Source: a virus (taxonomy: Duplodnaviria; Caudoviricetes). Taken from it: DNA of 57,395 bases. Shown here in pieces: positions 52,190 through 57,395 of the stretch. The translations under genes and the position numbers were made by a program. The stretch lies in IMG/VR virus record IMGVR_UViG_3300036791_001261, positions 1-57,395 of that record; one strand, 5' to 3'. Each line of letters begins with the position of its first letter. Position 1 is the stretch's first letter. Under the pieces are notes generated by a model. It did not search any database and was not told where the DNA came from. It saw only the letters and a list, made by a program, of their open reading frames with translations.

Positions 52190-52240
52190 CAGCGCGATGT
52201 GCGCTGTTTCGAATTTCGCACATCGCGCTGTTTCAGTCAA
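52190..52240 (-). promoter_or_regulatory. -35 box (TTGACT) overlaid by a perfect 14-bp inverted repeat (candidate operator)
   Basis: CAGCGCGATGTGCG (52190-52203) and CGCACATCGCGCTG (52217-52230); A-tract upstream. Confidence 0.6.
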
Positions 52241-52268
52241 GAAATTTCAAATTTTTTTTGTGCGCCCG

Positions 52269-52571
52269 CTAATCCAGGTCCTCCTTGCCTGCGGCGGTCT
52301 TGTCGATGTCCACGACGATGCGGCTGAAGGCCTCGCGGAATTCCTCCACGGCCTCCTTCGTGGTCATGCATTGGGCTGCGATATTGAGCGGCGCCAGGAA
52401 CCGCTGGACGGCCCGCAGGGCTTGTGCCTGCAGGTCGAACGGCAGGCAGTCGAACAGGCTTAGTGCGTCGGACTGGTTAAGGGCCTCGCGCAGCATGGTG
52501 CGGAAGATGTGATCGTAGGCCGGGGTCAGTACGATCTCCCGGGCGTCGGCGTCGTTCGATGGGTTGTGCAT
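52269..52571 (-). CDS. Hypothetical protein
   Basis: 100 aa, GAGGA RBS. Confidence 0.6.
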   Translation of the reverse strand: MHNPSNDADAREIVLTPAYDHIFRTMLREALNQSDALSLFDCLPFDLQAQALRAVQRFLAPLNIAAQCMTTKEAVEEFREAFSRIVVDIDKTAAGKEDLD

Positions 52572-52572
52572 T

Positions 52573-52773
52573 TCAGTCGTCCTCCTCGTCTCGAAATGTC
52601 TCTTTCCAGCATTCGCCGCAGATCCCGCTCAGGAGCAGTTCCCGTTCAGCGGCGGGCACGTCGGGCATTGCCTGCTGGGCTAGTGCTCCGTTCTTCCAGT
52701 CCTGGAATTGCTCTTCAGTGCAGTGGATGGGGCGCGGTTTGCCGCAGACCACGCAGGTTCGTGCGATAGCCAT
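52573..52773 (-). CDS. Zn-ribbon hypothetical protein
   Basis: CVVC...Q.AMP...RELLLSGICGECW. Confidence 0.75.
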   Translation of the reverse strand: MAIARTCVVCGKPRPIHCTEEQFQDWKNGALAQQAMPDVPAAERELLLSGICGECWKETFRDEEDD

Positions 52774-52777
52774 AGTG

Positions 52778-53086
52778 TTAGTCCTCCTCCTCTTCGTCTT
52801 CGCCCGATTCTGCCGGCGTGGCGATGACCACGTCGCCGACGATGTAATCGCTCCAGGCCATGCCGGAGTGTTGTGCCGCGATCAGATCCGCGACCGGGTT
52901 GTAGGGCAGATCGTTGAGCTTGCCCTCCTCGGCGAGCCACATGACCGTGCCATCGTTGAGCGGCAGGGCTTCGATCACCCCTCCGACCATGTGTTGAAGC
53001 TCTTCGAGCGTGAACGCCTTGCCATTGCGCGGCGTGATGCTGGTGCTCGATACGGTTTCGCCTTCGACTCTAATCCAGAGCGCCAT
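52778..53086 (-). CDS. DUF3846-like protein
   Basis: LEELQHMVGG.IE...EEGKLNDLPYN..A...IVGDVV. Confidence 0.8.
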   Translation of the reverse strand: MALWIRVEGETVSSTSITPRNGKAFTLEELQHMVGGVIEALPLNDGTVMWLAEEGKLNDLPYNPVADLIAAQHSGMAWSDYIVGDVVIATPAESGEDEEEED

Positions 53087-53270
53087 GTTCTTGTCCTTTC
53101 AGTTTGTTGATGGCATGCGCTATCGCTTTTTGTGCCGCGTACGAGTCATAGTCCGCGATGTAAGTGTGCAGTCCGGGCAAATCCGGATGGGTATATTCGT
53201 GGTGCGTGGTGCCGATCAGCTTGTGCTCGAATCCTTGCGCCACGAGATAGACGTGCAGCGGGTGTTTCAT
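53070..53270 (-). CDS. Hypothetical protein
   Basis: Preceded by the conserved leader. Confidence 0.6.
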   Translation of the reverse strand: MKHPLHVYLVAQGFEHKLIGTTHHEYTHPDLPGLHTYIADYDSYAAQKAIAHAINKLKGQEHGALD

Positions 53271-53320
53271 ACGTCTTTGTCCTTTCGTTGTGCCAGGGGA
53301 GGCTTACGCCTCCCCATGGG

Positions 53321-53752
53321 TTACCCGTTGCGTCCTTCCCTGATCATGCGATCGAGTGCGGCGACGCCCTCCGCCACGGTAATGTCCTTCAAGCTGCGGT
53401 AGTGCAGTTCGTCCGTGCCGTAGTTGTGATCCAGCCTCCAGGCGTCCTCGGCCATGTAGCCTCCCCGGTTGAAGAACAGGCGTTCGGCCTGGTGCAGGTC
53501 GAGCCCCAGTAGTGCAGCGGCGTTATCGCCGGTGATCTGGTCTCCGTCTTCGCCGAACAGCAGGCAAGTCCATCCGGCCAGACAGCCGGACGTGCCGCAG
53601 CTCTCCGTTGTGCCGAGGAATTTCCTGGCGTCGTCCACGTAGTTCAGCCCCATGGCCTCGATGAACGTGCCCATGTTGAAGTGCAGCTTGCCGTTGAATG
53701 CCTGGCCCTCGGCCAGGGCGTTGCGTAGTGCCGTCATCCGTTCGATGTTCAT
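53321..53752 (-). CDS. Hypothetical protein
   Basis: FNM...CGTSGCLAGW...AAALLGL...LF; second ATG fits RBS spacing. Confidence 0.7.
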   Translation of the reverse strand: MNIERMTALRNALAEGQAFNGKLHFNMGTFIEAMGLNYVDDARKFLGTTESCGTSGCLAGWTCLLFGEDGDQITGDNAAALLGLDLHQAERLFFNRGGYMAEDAWRLDHNYGTDELHYRSLKDITVAEGVAALDRMIREGRNG

Positions 53753-53806
53753 GTTCATGTCCTTTCGTCTTGCTGAAGGGGAGAGTTGTGCTCTCCCCTA
53801 GATTGT

Positions 53807-54001
53807 TTAGGTGTGGATGTAACCGTCATACTCGATGCCGATGTACATCCCCCATCGCTCGAAGAAGTAGTGATCGTAGTTGTGCCGGATGAGCGGGAGT
53901 ATCTCTGCCGCCTGATCGGGCCATGCCTTGGTCACGGCGTTGACCACCGCCACGGGCAGGACTTCGTCCGGCAATAGTGCCAATTGCCTAGTGCTGCTCA
54001 T
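53807..54001 (-). CDS. Hypothetical protein
   Basis: GMYIGIEYDGYIHT C-terminal motif. Confidence 0.65.
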   Translation of the reverse strand: MSSTRQLALLPDEVLPVAVVNAVTKAWPDQAAEILPLIRHNYDHYFFERWGMYIGIEYDGYIHT

Positions 54002-54239
54002 CGGCTGTCTCCAGCTTTACCAAGCCCATGACCAGCAGCTCCTCCAGGCCATAGACCTTGGCTGCGCCACAGGCCTCGCATTCGTATCGTCTGGCGTCCG
54101 GCTCTACGCCTGTGGTCTCCGCTCCGCAGGCCAGGCAAAAGCCTGCGCTGTCGCCATCAGCCTGGATATACTCCCGTTCGCTCATGACAGGGCGATACTG
54201 TTTCGCCCCGTGCCTTGTCGTGTACGTCTCTACGGTCAT
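53988..54239 (-). CDS. Zn-ribbon hypothetical protein
   Basis: GFCLACG...VEPDARRYECEACG..VYG.EELL. Confidence 0.75.
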   Translation of the reverse strand: MTVETYTTRHGAKQYRPVMSEREYIQADGDSAGFCLACGAETTGVEPDARRYECEACGAAKVYGLEELLVMGLVKLETADEQH

Positions 54240-54322
54240 GTCTATGTCCTTTCGTCTTAGCCTGTCTCATCAGCATGGGTAGGCTATCTCCCATGGACCA
54301 GGGACGATGTCCCTGGTTTCGA

Positions 54323-54574
54323 CTATCCCCGCAGGTCCTGCCGTATGGCGTTGACTGCAGACCATTCGTCAAAGGCGTCATTCCGTTTCTCGTCCTCCGG
54401 TGTCTGGTAGCCTTTGCCTTGGCATCGATAACACTCACCGCCTGGACCCGTAGGCTTGCCATTGACCACCATGGTCACGAACTGTCCAGTCCCCGCGCAT
54501 CGTCCGCAGAACACGCCCACGACCTTGGTCCCGTCGTGGATTTCGCCCGTAGACTTTCTCCGATATAGCTTCAT
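54323..54574 (-). CDS. DnaJ-type Zn-finger small protein
   Basis: CGRCAGTG...CYRCQGKG. Confidence 0.7.
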   Translation of the reverse strand: MKLYRRKSTGEIHDGTKVVGVFCGRCAGTGQFVTMVVNGKPTGPGGECYRCQGKGYQTPEDEKRNDAFDEWSAVNAIRQDLRG

Positions 54575-54626
54575 GTCCATGTCCTCCAGGGTTAGGGGAG
54601 AGCCGAAGCCCTCCCCTCGTCTTCCC

Positions 54627-54962
54627 TTACTCCTGCCCCTTTCTCTTCAGCCGCGAGTCGTTCGCCTTCATGAAGGCTTCGATATCGCCCTTAGCCTGGA
54701 ACAGCCGTTGCCATTGCTCCACGTACAGCGTGAAGGGGAATCGTCCCATCCCGTAGACCGAGAGCGCGCCCTTCTCCGAGATCCTCAGGCTTAGCCCGGT
54801 CTGAGGCTTACTCCTCAAGGCTTCGTTCTCAGCCTTCAGCTTGTCTATCTCCAGCTCCAGGAGTAGCTGAGCCTCAGTCTTAACCGGGATGATCGGCGTG
54901 CTTAGAACAGCCTCATTGCTGATCATCGCCCCATTCACTGGCCTATTCGTCGTCTTACCCAT
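54627..54962 (-). CDS. Conserved small phage protein
   Basis: LRISEKGALSVYGMGRFPFTLYVEQW motif; first gene of the small-gene arm. Confidence 0.75.
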   Translation of the reverse strand: MGKTTNRPVNGAMISNEAVLSTPIIPVKTEAQLLLELEIDKLKAENEALRSKPQTGLSLRISEKGALSVYGMGRFPFTLYVEQWQRLFQAKGDIEAFMKANDSRLKRKGQE

Positions 54963-55683
54963 GGTCTATGTCCTTTCGTGCGGCGCAATTGCCGCACCTC
55001 GATCGTTGCACGCAAACAGCGCAAATGCAAGCGAATTCGCAGGGCGCCTGCAAAAAAAACTGAACGCGCAAACGCGGTCGGCAGCGGTCGGCAGAATGCC
55101 GCGCAACCGAGCGGAAACGGCCCCAGGATCGCTTGCAGCGCGTCGGGCGGTATGCTGGCATCAAACGCGGCGGCGATCGCGCTACGGGCAGCTAAACGCG
55201 ATTTGCGGCGATTTCCGCATGGGTTAGGCTGATAGTGGGTGGGGGCGGCGTCGGTTTAAAAGTGGGCTGGAACGGGTATAACTTGCGGGATATGAAGAGC
55301 ATAGGGCAAGTCAAACCCTGGCGCAAGGGGAAAATTGCGCAAGGGTAATGCGTGATGTGATACAGGCTACAGCGCTGCAAGTGCCGAGTGCTATGCCATG
55401 GGGATACCAAGGCGCGTTGCCGCATCGCGTGTGGGAATTCGGATTCCCGCAAGCGATCGGACACCTTGGCACGGCGTACCCGTAGCCTAGACTAAGTCCT
55501 GTCCTTGCTACGACATAGACGTGGGCAAAGGGTACTACCATAGGGCTAGGGCTAGAGCTGGACGTTGTCCAGGGGGTGGGGGCCCTGCTGCGCCTGTTAG
55601 CTTCATCCCCGCATAGAATTTTTCGCTGCTGATTTTTTTGCTTTGCGCGCTGATTTTATCAGTGGATTTTGCAAAAAGCCGGG

Positions 55684-55731
55684 AATTTCCGCGCGCGCGG
55701 AAGTTGCGCGGAAGTTTTCTGCGCGGAAATT
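55684..55731. repeat. Four copies of 11-mer GCGCGGAA(G/A)TT (one inverted)
   Basis: Inverted copy 55684-55694; direct copies 55695, 55706, 55721. Confidence 0.7.
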
Positions 55732-55996
55732 ATTTCTCGTTTGTTTTAAATAGGTTAGAGGATTTACGCTGTAACCTCGGGGAAAATCCCCCGTCCCCTA
55801 CGGACGATAAGATCCGTTCCAGTTCCCGCTCCTGCTCGCGGATTTCACGCAGGCTGCGGAGCGCCCAGAGGGATACGCCCAGCCCGATTGCGCCCGTGAG
55901 GATCACGCCCACCCAGCCCAGGTAGCTGTTGCAGAGATACCCCCAGGCCGCGCCGATGGCTGCGCCAAGTGTCGCGCGCGCGAGGAGGCGTCTCAT
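55730..55996 (-). CDS. Two-TM membrane protein
   Basis: TLGAAIGAAWGYL..LGWVGVILTGAIGLGVSLWAL; ATGA overlap. Confidence 0.55.
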   Translation of the reverse strand: MRRLLARATLGAAIGAAWGYLCNSYLGWVGVILTGAIGLGVSLWALRSLREIREQERELERILSSVGDGGFSPRLQRKSSNLFKTNEK

Positions 55997-56529
55997 GGTT
56001 CCTTGGGCAGTGCGCGCTGCGGCGCCCAGGCTTGCTCCTGATCCCGTACCAGGCGATGCGGCTGGCCGATCTTGAGCTGTTTCACGCCCGGGAAGCACCA
56101 GAGGGTGTAGTAGTTGCTGGGATCGAGCAGGCGCGATTCCGCCGGATAGAGTTCGAAGGCTTCGCATTCCGGCCCGGCCAGCTGGTTCTTGATGGCTTGA
56201 AATTCCCGCCAGTCGTGGCGGGCGGTGCCGTCGAGCGAGCAGATGCCCAGCTGCATCATGCCGCCATGCGCGCCGAATACCGGATCCTTGTCGTGACGCC
56301 TCAAAGTGACGTTGTAGGTATCGTTGAACCAGATCTCGTCGGGCTCCAGCACGTCCGACTTCGACCACTCCAGGCGCATCAAGGGCTTGTTGACCGCGCT
56401 CGTCTCTTGGGCCGCCTGGGGAAAATGTTCCCGCCACTTGGCAACGAGCTTGGCCTGCACGCCTTCGTCCTCCTCCCGCATGTAATCCGCCAGGCGCTTG
56501 CGCATTTCGGTCCGTTGGCTAATGTTCAT
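55993..56529 (-). CDS. Conserved phage hypothetical protein
   Basis: HDWREFQAIKNQLAGPECEAFELYPAESRLLD..NYYTLW. Confidence 0.75.
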   Translation of the reverse strand: MNISQRTEMRKRLADYMREEDEGVQAKLVAKWREHFPQAAQETSAVNKPLMRLEWSKSDVLEPDEIWFNDTYNVTLRRHDKDPVFGAHGGMMQLGICSLDGTARHDWREFQAIKNQLAGPECEAFELYPAESRLLDPSNYYTLWCFPGVKQLKIGQPHRLVRDQEQAWAPQRALPKEP

Positions 56530-56840
56530 AGGCGCACTCTCTTCCGGTAAGCCTCTACCGCCCGCGCGTGCTGGGCTTCCGCCTCGAGCCAGGTGGAGCA
56601 GCGCTCCACGATATCTTCCGCCTCGCCATCGGTGAAGATCATGGTTTCGAACACGAGCGGCGGGCCGTCGCCGAAATGCCGGTGGTCGAGCCCGAGGAAT
56701 ACGGTGGAGATCAGGCTGGCCCCGATCCGGTCCTGAGCGACCACGCGATCGGCGGTTTCCATCCAGTAGGCCCACCTGAGGAGGTCCGATTCCGGAACGG
56801 GCGTCTGGCCGGCCAGCGTATACATCAGGCCCCGGATCAT
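56526..56840 (-). CDS. Conserved phage hypothetical protein
   Basis: ISTVFLGLDH..GDGPPLVFETMIF. Confidence 0.75.
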   Translation of the reverse strand: MIRGLMYTLAGQTPVPESDLLRWAYWMETADRVVAQDRIGASLISTVFLGLDHRHFGDGPPLVFETMIFTDGEAEDIVERCSTWLEAEAQHARAVEAYRKRVRL

Positions 56841-57049
56841 GACACTCTCGCCGGCCGGTAATCCGGGGGCGCGCTGGTCCGCCATTCGTCCCATAAGATC
56901 ATGGCCCGGCTGCGTCTGAGCGCAAGGCGCGGATGCTGGCGGATCGACCAGGCGTACTTTCTGAGCCACAACGGAGACGAGGGAGTCACACGCGTTACGA
57001 TCCGCCGGTCGATATCGATCAGCAGCGGCGTGCCCATGCGCCAGTTCAT
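56837..57049 (-). CDS. Hypothetical protein
   Basis: ATGA overlaps on both sides. Confidence 0.5.
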   Translation of the reverse strand: MNWRMGTPLLIDIDRRIVTRVTPSSPLWLRKYAWSIRQHPRLALRRSRAMILWDEWRTSAPPDYRPARVS

Positions 57050-57282
57050 GGCTTCGGTTCCGGCTGGCGGTACTTCTCCGGGATTTCGTACGGCCGGAAA
57101 TGCGGGTTGGTGCGGTTGAGGCGGTTCACGAAGTCCAGGAAGAGATAGAAGAGCTCCTGGCTTTCGTCCCACTCATCCGCGATCGCAGAGCCCAGCATGA
57201 ACAACAGCCGCTCCCAGTCCGCGTGGCTCATCTCGATGGTCACCCGGCCGTCGGTTTCGGTGTAGGTGATGAGGTCGCTCAT
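57046..57282 (-). CDS. Hypothetical protein
   Basis: Start overlaps the stop of 11..322 across the circular join. Confidence 0.6.
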   Translation of the reverse strand: MSDLITYTETDGRVTIEMSHADWERLLFMLGSAIADEWDESQELFYLFLDFVNRLNRTNPHFRPYEIPEKYRQPEPKP

Positions 57283-57395
57283 CGGTTTTTGATCCACTGC
57301 TGTAACTGCGCCACTGCGGGCCACTCCTTCAAGACCCGCGCCTCCAGCCGGGGATCCGCCCGCCGGATGCGCATCTGGCTATCGAATACCAGGAC
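57269..57395. repeat. 127-nt exact direct repeat of nt 1-127 (circular assembly overlap)
   Basis: atgaggtcgctcatcgg...gaataccaggac identical at both ends; length equals a common k=127; the stop of gene 11..322 overlaps the ATG of gene 57046..57282 across the join. Confidence 0.95.

Larger units (their letters stand above)
49756..54978 (-). repeat. Dispersed start-associated motif CGAAAGGACA (7 exact copies plus variants)
   Basis: + strand TGTCCTTTCG at 49756, 49842, 50661, 53278, 53758, 54245, 54969; variants at 50361, 52161, 53092, 54580. Confidence 0.85.
1..57395. mobile_element. Complete circular temperate phage genome (podovirus-like Caudoviricetes), excised/virion form
   Basis: Terminal 127-nt exact repeat; terminase, portal, capsid, integrase and primase-helicase present; intact attP; no host housekeeping genes. 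Confidence 0.92.

Noticed and set aside
49756-54978. CRISPR array or integron attC array
   Set aside because: Repeats are 10 nt, irregularly spaced by whole genes and overlap the RBS; no cas genes, no GTTRRRY/RYYYAAC boxes seen, and no IntI-specific insertion evident in the recombinase
55380-55480. Sigma54 promoter (TGGCAC...)
   Set aside because: The TTGC element is not at the required -24/-12 spacing on either strand
57269-57395. Biological terminal repeat
   Set aside because: Exactly 127 nt and falls inside coding sequence; best explained as assembler k-mer overlap

Overview
The window appears to be one complete circular genome (about 57,268 bp) of a GC-rich temperate tailed phage. The last 127 nt (57269-57395) repeat nt 1-127 exactly and genes read through the join. 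The morphology looks podovirus-like: terminase, portal, scaffold, major capsid, adaptor/nozzle-like proteins, large ejection proteins (one with a lytic transglycosylase) and two collagen-type fibres, with no tape measure or tail tube recognised. The leftward early arm carries a YqaJ exonuclease, a ParB-like protein, an excisionase, a tyrosine integrase with an intact tRNA-Ser-type attP, VRR-NUC, a DCL/DUF3223-HNH-like protein, and a Prim-Pol/helicase followed by an iteron-like origin. A second leftward arm (48-55 kb) holds about 20 small genes with repeated hairpin plus CGAAAGGACA leaders and ends in a second tyrosine recombinase. The most notable items are: (1) the repressor position holds an XRE-HTH fused to a PAS sensor domain instead of a RecA-cleavable peptidase; (2) attP/int splits the replication operon and is spanned by a stop-free ORF; (3) tiny protamine-like peptides lie within the head operon; (4) short motifs are shared among putative ejection proteins; (5) no recognisable lysis cassette. 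The host may be an Acidobacteriota-type soil bacterium (inference only). All family assignments come from motif recognition by eye; no database searches were run.
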